The notes beneath the pieces were generated by a model. The model had not been told where the DNA came from. It saw only the letters and a program-made list of their open reading frames with translations, and did no database searches. From Bugula neritina (lineage: Eukaryota > Animalia > Bryozoa), in the NCBI GenBank assembly GCA_964035545.1, contig OZ037769.1:4011929-4075928 (forward strand): a stretch of 64,000 bases of DNA, in the 5' to 3' direction. Every line of letters starts with the position of its first letter. The first letter of the stretch is position 1. Positions 40,601 to 52,583 of the stretch are shown piece by piece. A program made the position numbers and the translations under genes.

Positions 40601-43600
40601 AATAATTCTTTTGTTCTCTCAATGACTCCACATTGGTTTTACATTTATCACCTACTTAGTCATGATAGAAACTGATTATTATGTTTTAATATTGGCTGTA
40701 CTATTGAAACAATTGCACCTAACAATTGATCTTGCTTGACAATGAACAAATTGTTGCATCAGTTATTATTTGATAATTCATTACAATGCGCTAAAAGTAA
40801 CCAATATTTTTAAGTTTTTTTGTCATTTAGATTTATTTGTTGAGCACATTAGTCTTATACCATTATTAAAAAACACATAAAAGACAATAAATATAAATAA
40901 AGAAGTAAACACAAAGACCAAATTTTTTCGCAAACTCCAGTTTCTAGATATGATCATAATAGTAAATATGCATGCAAATTTGTCCCAAAACTCAACCATA
41001 CACAAAACAACCAAACACCCCTGCCTAACAACGCCTAATATTATAACACAGTCACCTAATCTTTCAACCTTCCAGCTGTAGGCTTCAGTGAGCTTATATT
41101 ATTTCAGGAACCAATCAGCAAGCATTTATTCCATCAATGATTGGACCATTCCTGGAGGTGGCTCTCCTACCAGAGGCCGAGTTAAGGATGACCTTGTTAG
41201 AAGTTCTCAATGACATGTTGACATGCAACTTCAGCGAAGTATGTTTTATTTTTGGTTGTTTATTGTAGCAAACACATTCTTATCAAGATGTCAAGCCATG
41301 TACTAGACTTTTATCTATATAATAATAAATATGCACAAGCTTTGCTAATCTAATCTACTCTGAAATATGCCTGCGCACATCTTCGGTAAAACTTAGAAAA
41401 TTGTCTGAGAAATAGAGAGAATTGAAGCTAAAAAAGTAAATTAGCTAGAGTGACTCACTAGTGTTAAAAGGTGAACATCTTTTTAAGCACATTCGTGTTT
41501 CCGCATTTCCTACTAATTGTATAAAAGTAGTTGAACTATGTTTTTTAAAATTCATGTTATTTGCTGGTTGTTCTGCTAGTTTAATGTATAAATCAGTGTT
41601 TATTTTTACTTACCTTATTTGTCTTCCCTTTATATTACTACAGTCTTTTTATAGTAATAATGTGCTTGTAGGTGCAGGGGGAGATAATAGATCAACTAGA
41701 TGAGTTGTATAATGATGGGAAAGGTGACTCATCTTTTAAGAGTGCATTTGTTAAATTGTAAGTTATCTGAAGTTGTTTCTTCTTCAGTATAAGTTACTCT
41801 GCTCGTATGAGTTATTGTGTTGAAGTTAACGTTTATTATAAGTTACTCTGCTCGTACGAGTTATTGTGTTACTACGAGTTGCTGTGTTATTTCGGTCATG
41901 TTTAGCGCTAATTTAAATAATACTGAATTTTATAATATAATTTTGTTGTGTGTTTGAGTGTATCAAATATGTTCACCTATTGTTTTTTTAACTATTTAAA
42001 CCTTTCACTCTAGTTCTCTTGCAATTTGTGGGTGAGTGATAGTGAGTATGAGAGATAGTGAGTATGAGTGATAGTGAGTATGAGTGATAGTGAGTATGAG
42101 TAATAGTGAGTATGAGTGATAGTGAATATGAGTAATAGTGAGTATGAGTGATAGTGAATATGAGTAATAGTGAGTATGAGTGGTAGTGAGTATGAGTAAT
42201 AGTGAGTATGAGTGATAGTGAGTATGAGTGATAGTGAGTATGAGTGATAGTGAGTATGAGTGATAGTGAGTATGAGTAATAGTGAGTATGAGTGATAGTG
42301 AATATGAGTAATAGTGAGTATGAGTGGTAGTGAGTATGAGTAATAGTGAGTATGAGTGATAGTGAGTATGAGTGATAGTGAGTATGAGTGATAGTGAGTA
42401 TGAGTGATAGTGAGTATGAGTGATAGTGAGTATGAGTGATAGTGAGTATGAGTAATAGTGAGTATGAGAGATAGTGACTATGAGTGATAGTGAGTATGAG
42501 AGATAGTGAGTATGAGTGATAGTGAGTATGAGAGATAGTGAGTATGAGTGATAGTGAGTATGACAGATAGTCAGTGACTTACTGATGACTCATTCATCTC
42601 TCTTCTATAGGATGACGTCTAAACTCTCTTCTGATCACACTGATGTGACTCACTACATAGACTCTGTTTCTTCCCTTATTGACAGGCTACTGGATTACAG
42701 GTAAATTAACAGCATCTTGTAACAAGTTAACTTCACAGGCCTAAATAGTTTATTCATTTTGTTACTAAAAAGCTACAAGAAATTCCAATTGTTATTGCTG
42801 AGAATTGATTTGAATAACCGGACTTTTTTGTATTACTTTTGGTGAGATTTTTTGCTATTCCTTAAGCAGTTTTATTAATGGAAAATCTTTGTATAATTAC
42901 AAGTAGTACATATTTGATAGTAGACAACTAAATGTCACAAGTCTTGGAATTCGCTGCCCCTTGCCTTTCCTGATATAAACAGTAGCACACACACTAATAA
43001 AGGGCTAAGTATAACATGTAATAAGATTACTCTGGCTACTATACATTACAATGTATCTGCACTGTGTTTTAGAGATGTTTCAAGTAGTGGTAGTGAGAAT
43101 GTAAACACCCTAATGCTGACAACCATAAATTTACTGGTAAGTGAACTCTTATTGGCTAGTATATTGCTACAAAAAATATGATTGGTCTGTTCCCTTGAAG
43201 TAGACTGATTGCGCTAAAGTTTTGTTTATGATGCTGTCAGATTAGACTATCACTTTATTGAAATATTTTAACTCCAAATTGTGCTGTAGAAATAAATCTG
43301 ATCAACTTAATTACTGAACTAAAAGTTGTGCCATTTTTTGCCGTCTGCAGGACTTCCATCAGAATGTGATCAAGAGAGACCGACTCTACGCACAGTATGT
43401 GTACAGACTGAAGGACTTGAACGTAAATGAGAAGCGCTACACCGAAGCTGGTTTCTCTCTCCTCCTCAACGCCTCAGCTCTGAGTTGGACCGACCAGCAC
43501 CAGCTGGCAAACGACTGGTGCGACGCCGAGAAGGAATGGGAGAGAAAGGAGCGCCATTACAAAGAGATCATTCAGTTCTTTGACCAAGGTCAAGTAAGTA

Positions 43601-46600
43601 TCCAACAGGTTGGATTCACAGGAAGGTGGTGACAACTTCTCTTGTGCAACTGTTTTATGACTCATGTTTACTTTGTTTACCCGCCATACTTATTCTTACT
43701 CGTTTCTGCTGAATATGTAAGAGAAATGCATTAACTTTCATATCGCAGTATATCTGTTTGTTGGGACTGAGGTATGGCTGTTGCAGTAATAGTTACATAA
43801 TCTAAAGGTGCCATGGTGTAGTGTCAGTATGTATGTAAACACTCACCTGCACAGGTATCATGTTGTAGACATGGGAAGATGCCGTACCTCTGTGTAAAGA
43901 GTTGGCCAACTTTTATGAGTCCAAACTGTTTGACTATGTGCAACTGGCTGACACTCTGGTGAGTCACTAACACTCTGAATCACTAAGACTTTGAGTCATT
44001 AGGACTCTGAGTCACTGCAGGTCAACTGTAATTACATTTCTACTGTAATGGTTAACTCTAATGAGTCAACTGTAGTATGGCTAACTTAAAGGTTTTTTTG
44101 CCATCTTTCAATTTTCTGTTAGGAATGTTGATGTGTTTTTAAATCATGCCAGCATAATTTTTTGAACATTGAAAAAGTATATTTACCTTATGAAATGTAG
44201 GGAGAAGAAATTCTTAAGCAGTGGTATTATTGAGGTATTCTGTAGCCCTATGCAATGTAATTTTACCCTTCTATAGCATGGAGTTACCTGATGAAAATAT
44301 CTTTATTTGAAGTAAATTTATTATGTCTCAAGCTCTCGGAAAATAAAATATATACAAATGCTAGTGACAAAAGAAAGGTTGTTTTTAAATTGTTAATAAT
44401 TCTCTAATAGTTAGTATTTTTATGTGATCATTTTATATCTGCCACTATGACTGTATTTCATCTGTTGGCAGAACAAGCAAGCTGAACTGGTAAAGAAGGT
44501 GCTAGCTCCAAACAGATGTGTAGCCAAGTATTATCGTGTTGCCTTCTTTGGGAACTCCTTTCCATTCTGCATGAGGGTGAGCCACTGTGCATACTTGTTA
44601 ACTGTAGGAATGACAACTCTCCATTCGTTATGGAAACTGTTGGAAATCATTATTCACTAGTTTGTCAGCTGTAGATAATAGAATTTAAGTTGAAAAGCGT
44701 AACATAATATTGCTTATTTGCAAAATATTACAAAATAATATACATTGCTTGTTGAGTACAATTTTATGCCTGACATATTGTCTAAAGAAGTGATTTGAAT
44801 AGAGTATATCTATTTGAAACAGCAAGTCTTATAGCAGAGCTATAGCATGGTATTACATAAGTAAAAATCTTTCCACATTAAGACATCTCTTTAAAAACCC
44901 AACTGTTTTCACCAATAGTTGTAGTTTCAGAAAACCAGCAACAAGTTAGACACAAATAGTTTCACATGTTCTGAAACGTCTGGATAAACTGTTCCGCTCA
45001 CCCTGATTGGCTTAACAGGGGTCATATATTTACACATAGGCTGGCACAAACAGTATGTTCCCGTCATAGTGAAGACAACTTCTTATTGTTTTAGAACAAG
45101 TCATTTGTGTACAAAGGAGATGCCTTCTCAAACCCCAGCTCAGTGATTGACATGTTGAAGGTGGAGTACCCTAACGCTGAGCAGCTCAACGAATCTATCG
45201 AGCCTCCCAATCTGGCCGAACTAAACCCTAACAAACAATGTGAGTGTTTATCCTTACTTGTATCACGTGATGTCACTGAAACTCAGCCTGCTATTTCATT
45301 GCTGATAAAATATACAATATACTTGCCTTGCACCGGAACCTCTGTAGAAAAAACTCACATGAGTTTATAGTCGCCGTTCCTGTGGAAAGGGTTTTTAAGC
45401 AATCTAAGGACTTATTCATATGTGGCACAGGAGCAATTATGACTGAATGCTCTTCCTGACATCGCCAATGGCATTTACTGGGGGTCTAACCCATGACTTT
45501 GTGTGTACTATCTCACTGCTCTAACAACTAGACCACTGCTAGCATCTAATATCATATACCTATGCTATATGCTGTTCTACTGGTAATAAACATGTTACAC
45601 TTGTAGCATGTGTTTAATTAGAAGGAAAGCATTCAAATATAGTTGTCAAGATTATATTTTTTCACCAGCTTCGCCCAAAGTTTGTACACACATGTAGCAG
45701 AGTTCTACGTTTAGAGTAATTATACTATTTGGAGCAGTAGTAAACTCGTTGATACCGTACCTCACAGCCTGATTTAATCTGTTGGTAGATTTTCAACTCG
45801 TCATCATTGAGCCGGCGTCAGACACAGAGGAAATCTTCCCAGAATCCCTCAAAGCCGTAGACTACAAGATATCAAGTTTCTACAAGTGGAACAGAGTACA
45901 GAGATTTACGTATGACAAGCCGTATCACTATCCCAAAAAGGACAAAGAGAACGAGCACAGGGTTTGTATCCTCACCGTGTGGCAGTTGACCTTCCAATAA
46001 CCTTGGAGTTTTCTTAGTTGCAGATAATTTTTTTCGCTTAAAATTTTTTTTTGTTGAAAAATTATTGGCTTATTTTTAAGTATTTTTAACGTTGATGGTT
46101 GCAGTCCCTGCATACTAAGAGATATTCAATGTGGACTAAACTGCCCATGCCGGGGATATCTGCCTGGTGTGAACTTCAGGAAACAAATACTAAAACTATA
46201 ACCCCTATAGAAGTGGCACTGGAGGGGGTAAAGAAGAAAAACTCTGACATTAAAAATGTCACTCAGAAATACAGGTACACTGGTATACGTGTGTGGTGAA
46301 GTATGATGCATTTTATATACGATATGTGATATATTATGGTAGATTTGCTTGTATTCATTTGTTTGTATGGTCCTTAGGAGTATATTTTGTAATAAAATAG
46401 TTGTATTTATGAACATCACTCCTTATAACTCAATATATTACACAGTGTGTATAATACAGTGTATTACATACTGTATATAATACAGTATATTACATACTGT
46501 ATATGAAACAGTGTATTATATGTTGTATAATATACAGGGTATTACATACAAATATATTACCCAGTATACTATATACAAGTATAATACACTTTTGTATATT

Positions 46601-49600
46601 ATTTATCATTATATAACCTAATATATCTAGCTATTATCGTAAACTCCTATAGCTATTTAAAGTCACTAAGTTTGTGTATTTTAAATTGCTATGTTTTCAG
46701 TTGTTTGTTGCACATATATTTACATATGACATGTTGCTTTGACTACATATACACTACACACACAAGAACTTAGGTTGTTGCCTATAATACTGGGTCTCTT
46801 ACACAGCGTACCAATATTTCATGTTATAAAGAGACGACAGGACCTTAGACCAGGGTGACTTATCTCGAGTTCTGCAGGGATCTGCTGACGCCAAGGTCAG
46901 CGGCGGTATCATAATATATCAGAAGACATTCCTCTGTGATGACAGCGCAAACGATGCTCAAACTGAAGAGTTACGTCAGCTCATCCTTGAGCACGTTAGT
47001 AGCTCTCCTAATACTCACTCAAACTCTCTGTGTTTATATAGACACTGCTCTGTGTTCAATTATTTCTGTTGGTGTTGTTTATCTCTTTCAATTTTTTGTA
47101 TCTTCTTATTATTTTGGTGAAGTTGTTCAACCGCCTAGCAGGTTTCTGCAGTATTAGCTCAGGATTTATAATTTCTATCCAGCTAAAGATATTTAAATCA
47201 CGAAATATATAATATGATATAAAATATAGCAGTTAGAAATTAAGGATTGACCTTATATGATGCATTGTTAGGATTGTTTTACCCTTCTTCATCATGAAAG
47301 CATATTATCTAATTCATCAAATATCGAGTTTTGTTAATGTCACAGAAGTTTCCAGAAAAGTTGGTAGTTTAATAATCAGAATGATAATGTATTCGCAGCT
47401 GTTACTCAATGCATGTAGTTAACTCTACAGGTTTTTAGTTTATCAGCCACGAGATAACCAGAAACCTCTCTAGTTGTCTTGTGCATGTACATTTATTTGT
47501 ATCTGCAGTTGAGGGTGGTTAGGGATGGGTTGCATCTGTTCAGAGAGATTGTCACCAAAGCTCTGAGGCCGCTGTGCCAGCTGCTGTTTGAAGAATACAA
47601 CAAACTGCAGGATCTCATCAAAAAGCAGGTAAGTGAAAACTATAAAGTGAATTATTCACAAAACAGTTGAAATGCAGGTGGAAAGAAATTTATATTCGAA
47701 CTCTTTTTTACAGTCTTGCAATTTTTGTTTGCAGTTTTTCCAACAGGTTATTTCGATTTTGACAAGCTTACGTTTAGCATTTAAAACCATTAGTATTTCC
47801 TTTTGAACTTTTGAACCTTTTTTGTACAAAAGGTTACTTTGTTGAAGGACCCGAGAATGGAGCTGATTTCACTCAAGTCGATGGAGTCAACCAGTGCATT
47901 GTCCGTGTTCGATATGAGAAGTAGCGAGTCCAATCGAGCCAGTTCTGACTACTCAAGGTGAAAACAGCCAAACCACTTTTAATCACTCTGAGTAATGCTT
48001 GAATTTTCATCACATTTTTCTGAAATGAATCATCCACGAGATTGTTTTTAAGCCCACCACTAAAAAGGAGAGAATAATCATAGTCTAACTGGTTCGACTT
48101 TCACAATATATATTTTGGCAAGTTGAATTTAATTTATGTTAGAAAAATACGCGACTCTGACTATACAGGAATTGTCTGCTTCATTTCTAAACTAGAACAG
48201 GGAAATCTAATTTAGCTAGTCTCAATTAAATGAAGTGGCGATTATTTCTCGTCTCAACAAGGAAAACCTCAAACTTGCTTGATAAACAGTTATTAAAAGT
48301 GTATGACACAATGTATTGCAAGTAATCTAGCATTTTACTAAAATATGTAATTGAAACCAATTGATATTTTGCTTGGTGGATTTTTTGTTGTTGTTTGCGT
48401 TTGAACAAATAATTTGTACAAAGTTTCATATATAAATTACTTTTCCCGTTTACTTGTCTAGCTCTGATATTGAATCTCATAAAGAATTTCCAACTCCGAA
48501 AAGAAAGTCAGCATCTGTGAATTATCCTCCCTCGTATGTATCTTCACGGCTTCGTGACACGCAGCGATCCTCAGAGGTAGGTCTCGATTTGAGGCGGGGT
48601 TTGGGGCGGGATTTGAGGTCCTCAACTTATTCACAATAAAGTGCATGTAGCTTTCTAGCTGATGTTGATAATTGTTTTACTTTTTTAGGAAACTTCCCCC
48701 ATGCCTCTCAGAAAACAGGGTACGTTTGTTGAATTAAATAATTAGTTTTCTTTGAAAATTTTAACTGAATATTTTAAATAAATTGTTATTTAAAAATGTA
48801 AGAAGGTGGAAGATTTTTTGAACTATTGAGTTTGATTTTATATTTTTGTATTTCCTGCAATTTATTCTCTCAGTCTACAATTTTATTTTCCTGATTTTCT
48901 AAATAATTTTCTTCACTGTATATTCTGTTACGTTTAACTTGATTGTTTAATACGAATTATTCTGTAAAGTTGTTTTACTAAAGAAAAACTTAAACTTGTC
49001 ATATTTTGTTTGCCACATTCATCTATGTATTCACTGCCATGGTGATTATTTTGTAGTAAAAAATGTAATGCGGTAACATTGTCCAGGTCGGGTGGTGTTC
49101 AGCTAATTAGTTAGAAACTTTTTGCAACATGGCTAAGATACGCTCTTCCCAATAACTCATATTTGTCTTGATTCTCATGATATAGCTCACTTTTTTGTAA
49201 CTAACTAAAAAGTCTCTGGCTGGGTTTTTAGTTGAGCGGTTCTACCCTTTGATGTGATTGACTGGCATGGCTACCCTATTATTTTGCATTTGCCGAGCTG
49301 ATTGCTATTGCTTGTTGTAGTTAGTTAAGATGGTAGTATTGACTGTTACTTTTCTAAATCTTAACTTTTCAATGATGGGTTGTTGAAATTTTTGGCCTAA
49401 CTTGTTATCTAACAACAGGAACATTGGTATAAACCATAAGCTAACTCTATATTAAAGAAAAACTTAAGGTAGTATTTTTCTCATAAACTTGGATGAATAA
49501 TCTTTGTTAGAATCATTTGCGAAAACATGGCGGGAATTTTGGAGACCTCTAAAAAAACATGACTCTGGTAATTTAATCTTTTGAAACTTTTACGTGTTCC

Positions 49601-52583
49601 GACAGATTTCTTCCATCCTGAACGAAATTTGTGTTGTGACATTAATGCTGTCCTTACTTTTGAGATTTCTAGTTGCTTGGCCATTTCTTCATATGCCAGC
49701 TTCTAGTATGTCTTTTAGCTTAAGTGAGTTTAAAGCCACGATGTTTGTGTCACTAACATATCCACCCTTCATCCATCAGTCAGTTGTACTAACATTACCA
49801 GCTTGTAGTCTGCATTCAGTCTCAATATATTCCTTTTACTTAGACTCACTTTCAGTCTGGTTAACTGCTACTCAAAGTCATTGTCTCTCAGTTACTCACT
49901 TGTACAGTGATTGATTATTACTACAGTGACTAACTCTCAATTGAATATCACTAAGCAACTATCTTAATGAATATTTTTGATAGGAAGGATTAGGTCTTCT
50001 GTTAGAACTTCAAATATTCTCATTTTTAAACTTTTACTATCACTGATTGAAACTCAAAGTAATCTTTAGAATGATGGTTGTTGTGTTGTTTTATTGGTGT
50101 TCCGTACTTCTGCCATGTAATACCTAGTTCTAAGCTCCTCTCCTCTAGCTGGGGCCAGCACCCTCTAGTAAGGGCCAGCACCCTCTATTTGAAGGCAGCA
50201 CATACTCCTATACCCCTCCTCTCTCCTTACCAGTATTGAGCTTGGTAGCATTGTCATCTAGTGGTATTTTCTGGCAATGGTGTTTGGGTGTATTTTGATG
50301 TAATTCAATATAAATATTTTTTTGCTTAATGTAAGATTTAATTACTGGGCATGTTTAGTAAATTAAGTATTTGTACAACATGTGACTGAATGCGGAAGTT
50401 TTAATGAAAATATATTATGTATATTAATTACTATTTGCTTAACAGATGGCCAACTCTTAGATGTTACACCGGGTCGGAAAGAAAGAGGAAACAGCACATT
50501 TTATGCCGAGGTATGTGTTTTCATAGTATGCTTGGATATTGAAGTTGGTGGCCAAACTAATGCTATATGCAAGTTTTTAATAGAAGTACTTTTATTTTTA
50601 AAATAATATACTTATCTGAGTGCTTCTAAATAATTTTGAATATTATGCAATTTTTGCATTTTGTTATATGCTATATTCTCCCTAGCGCAGCATAATAATA
50701 ATTTATTTTCAATTAACCAGGGTGAGATGAGATTTACATTTAGAGGAAATGAGTTTTGCAATGTGCAACTACCATTTAGTTAGAAATAATCATTTGTAAC
50801 GGTTATGTTCCCTTAGTTTCTAAGCGTTTAACATCAACTCTCTTTTCCAAGTATTTCTAAAACAATTTCAAACTTGATCAGATTTCTATATTATTAGCAT
50901 GCTTTGTTCATCTAGAAACTGAAGATCAGCACAAAATATAAATCCTTAGGTTTGTGAGATATAGTAACTCGCTGTTGTATGGTTATCCACTAAGTGTTGT
51001 TGGTTATTGCATAGATAGAATTATAGCATTAATTTAGAATTTAGATGTAATGCTTCTTTTTTCAATTCTGTTTGCTTAATGTTATTGTAGTGAATTATAC
51101 AACTAGTCAAAATAATGCAGTAGAGTTTTTTTATTTAAATTTCAGTTTTTGCCAGCAAAAAAGATATACTTTGCTAATTAATATTGCTACACAAATAAAG
51201 ATAGTCTGTATATCTAGTGGGTGGTTGTTTCTTGGCTCTTTAACCAACCACCCACACACGCACACACACATGCACACACACCCAAACATGCACACAAACT
51301 ACTTAACCATTCACACACGCGCACACACACGCGCAAACACAGCAAGATATATTATAATCATGCAGGACTGCGTTATGGTGTAAAATTGGTAATATATAAT
51401 TACTCACCTAAAAAGTGAATTGTTTCAGCCTGGAAATGAAACCATACCATTAGTTGAGATGTTTTACCGCCACCAGTTTACCAGTGAAATACGTTTGCTT
51501 GAATTGTGTACACCATTGATTTTTGTACCTAATTTCAATTTATTGATTTCTTGTAGTTATTTTCTGGTATGTCAGCATCTTCTCACAGCTGTGCTAATTT
51601 GGTTTTGGAACTAGTAGGTTTGGTTTTTACAGTGGTGCTTGCAAACCTGTTGGCGTTGGCAGATGTAGTTGTAGTGCATGTGGCTGTATAAGATATTGGT
51701 GGTAGCATTATTAAGATATTGCACAGGGCTTGAAACTCTATTTATTGGTGATCATGTATTATATGTAAGCATGAGTTAAAAGTGCTGAATGGTTTTTGAA
51801 TTAGCAATGAATTTCGCTAATCTCTTTCAGATTCCAATTGTGGACATCCATGAGACCGAAGAAGACAATGATAATGCTCCGCCCCCACTTCCTGTTAAAT
51901 ATAACAGAAATAGAGCATCTTCAGTTCCACATATTGACAATAAGACTCAACAGAAAGTTCTTGAACTTGCCAAAGGAGGCCACCTGCCGCCCTTGACCTT
52001 TAACCTCGCCAACAGACCTCTGCCCGAGGCACCAACTACTAACCCAGAAAAGAGGTCGAGCATAGTACGTAACAAGACCATCTGCATTGACTCAAGGAAC
52101 ACTGAATCAGAGTTCGTGGAGTACAAGCTACCAAAAAAACCTACTCAACCCCCTCCAAAAGACATAAAAAAGAGGCCCGTACCTAAACCCCCTTCTGGAC
52201 AGGGTCTAGAAGGTTCTATGACACTCCCAAAACCCACTAATCATCAATCACCTCGACTCCACCCAAAGCCTAAGGTTTTGCAGATAAACAACAACAATGA
52301 CTCTCCTTCAGTAACCAGCTCTGATGGTAACATACTGAGTCATAGACCCCCTCCTGATCTGCCAGGCCACTCTCCTCCACTCCCGGTACCCCGGAAAGCA
52401 CCTCCTCCTTTACCAAAAAAGACAACTCCCACACCCACACAGTTGAAATCCTTTGACTACACAGAGTTACCAAGCAGACCTCCTTCTGGGACACTCAACG
52501 GAAACTCAATTTCCAACGAAGAACCTCCGCCATTGCCTGTTAAGTCGCCTCTTCTCAAAAGTAAGTCCAACAGTGAATCTTAA
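16699..52583 (+). CDS. DOCK3/4: Dedicator of cytokinesis, DOCK-B (DOCK3/DOCK4-like) guanine nucleotide exchange factor, ~1958 aa, 44 core coding exons
   Basis: Exons: 16699-16732, 19362-19448, 21327-21367, 22378-22430, 24925-25030, 25332-25465, 27072-27186, 28290-28444, 28754-28844, 29153-29300, 29839-29932, 30091-30176, 30618-30746, 31790-31911, 32464-32626, 32957-33060, 34307-34472, 35138-35241, 35561-35647, 36123-36355, 36852-36992, 37400-37566, 37715-37839, 38547-38639, 39141-39334, 39575-39656, 40167-40335, 41108-41238, 41672-41757, 42611-42700, 43073-43136, 43351-43593, 43869-43958, 44472-44576, 45095-45239, 45789-45961, 46105-46274, 46832-46994, 47509-47628, 47848-47957, 48462-48576, 48689-48719, 50446-50510, 51831-52583. 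They sum to 5877 nt with all phases compatible. Motifs: N-terminal SH3 (MWT...VICNF...GWYQG...GIFPSQYVHVK), the DOCK3/4-type LDWGN..LGLDVVPR, DHR-1 (RNDFYLTL..EFEKGGK..KNVEV to LCSTKLTQ), DHR-2 (YTEAGFSLLL, YYRVAFFG..FP) and a proline-rich C-terminus. Confidence 0.95.
19985..20245 (-). mobile_element. tRNA-derived SINE, copy 1
   Basis: Shares the core ggcacaggagcaattatgactgaatgctcttcct.acatc.ccaatggc with 45345-45545 and, inverted, with 36510-36715. The minus-strand 5' end reads GCAGCCGTGGTCTAGGGGTTAG..GGGTTAGAGCCCC (degenerate Pol III A and B boxes). Confidence 0.75.
21758..21920. repeat. Minisatellite, 13/27-bp units (cagtaaactggcc)
   Basis: Visible tandem copies in DOCK intron 3. Confidence 0.85.
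24700..24910. repeat. Minisatellite, 33-bp unit (tatagtgtggtagtaatactaatagttgtatag)
   Basis: About 6 copies directly upstream of the acceptor at 24924. Confidence 0.9.
25848..26400. repeat. Minisatellite, 21-bp unit (ctcagtattacagtaactact)
   Basis: About 26 highly homogeneous intronic copies; produces the spurious (LSITVTT)n ORF. Confidence 0.95.
31122..31151 (+). CDS. Candidate 30-nt frame-preserving cassette microexon of DOCK (EDAAHYVLLE)
   Basis: tattatttcag|AGGACGCTGCGCATTATGTGCTGTTAGAAA|gtaagt; phase 1-1, matches both flanking exons, no stop. Confidence 0.55.
31937..32052. mobile_element. Short hairpin/MITE-like element (~38-bp imperfect inverted repeats)
   Basis: gcagcgcaaagttggtgttcactgtgtacagtggtttgt ... 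acaaacactgtgcttagtgacctcaaactttgtgctgc, with a GGGGTTTGG-type spacer. Confidence 0.5.
33265..33279 (+). CDS. Candidate 15-nt microexon of DOCK (PDKKE) inside DHR-1
   Basis: Long pyrimidine tract, then caacag|CCTGACAAGAAAGAG|gtgaga; phase 0-0; TGCATG at 33287-33292. Confidence 0.6.
34484..34665. repeat. Degenerate 10-12-bp tandem repeat (ctacatggtt/ctacctggtt)
   Basis: Begins 12 bp after the donor at 34473. Confidence 0.8.
36510..36715 (+). mobile_element. tRNA-derived SINE, copy 2 (head partly deleted)
   Basis: ggccattggtgatgttagaaagagcatccaatcataattgctcctgtgccccatctgaataagtcc closely matches the reverse complement of the core in the other two copies. Confidence 0.7.
36983..37200. repeat. 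Minisatellite, 19-bp unit spanning the 5' splice site (tctatgtcgag|gtactaag)
   Basis: About 11 copies; the first copy is the real exon end ttatatcaag|gtactaag. Confidence 0.9.
37819..38245. repeat. Minisatellite, 23-bp unit spanning the 5' splice site (agtgctatttatagacataag|gt)
   Basis: About 18 copies; two variants alternate as a 46-bp higher-order unit; the first copy is coding sequence (SAIYRHK). Confidence 0.95.
39358..39525. repeat. Minisatellite, ~26-bp unit (tatacttactactaactgtacatgta)
   Basis: About 6 copies filling most of a 240-bp intron. Confidence 0.85.
39752..39870. repeat. Quasi-palindromic 21-bp tandem repeat (cagcacatgtcacagttgtga)
   Basis: About 5 copies. Confidence 0.8.
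42033..42575. repeat. Minisatellite, 16-bp unit (gagtgatagtgagtat)
   Basis: About 33 copies ending ~35 bp upstream of the acceptor at 42610. Confidence 0.95.
43351..47628 (+). other. DOCK DHR-2 (GEF catalytic) domain exons
   Basis: YVYRLKDLN..YTEAGFSLLL, WEDAVPLCKELANFYE, YYRVAFFGNSFP, NKSFVYKG, FTYDKPY, ITPIEVA, LQGSADAKVSGG, LRPL. Confidence 0.85.
45345..45545 (-). mobile_element. tRNA-derived SINE, copy 3
   Basis: Same core; the minus-strand head reads GCAGTGGTCTAGTTGTTAGAGC..GGGTTAGACCCC; shares the tail tagaaaaaactca..tttatagtc with copy 1. Confidence 0.75.

Noticed and set aside
36983-42575. Regular short repeats as a possible CRISPR array
   Set aside because: Head-to-tail tandem units with no unique spacers, no cas genes and a eukaryotic intron context
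49594-50180. Additional DOCK C-terminal exons (acceptors at 49605 and 50148)
   Set aside because: Both are phase-incompatible or hit stops, and 48719 joins 50446 in frame; an alternative terminal exon cannot be excluded
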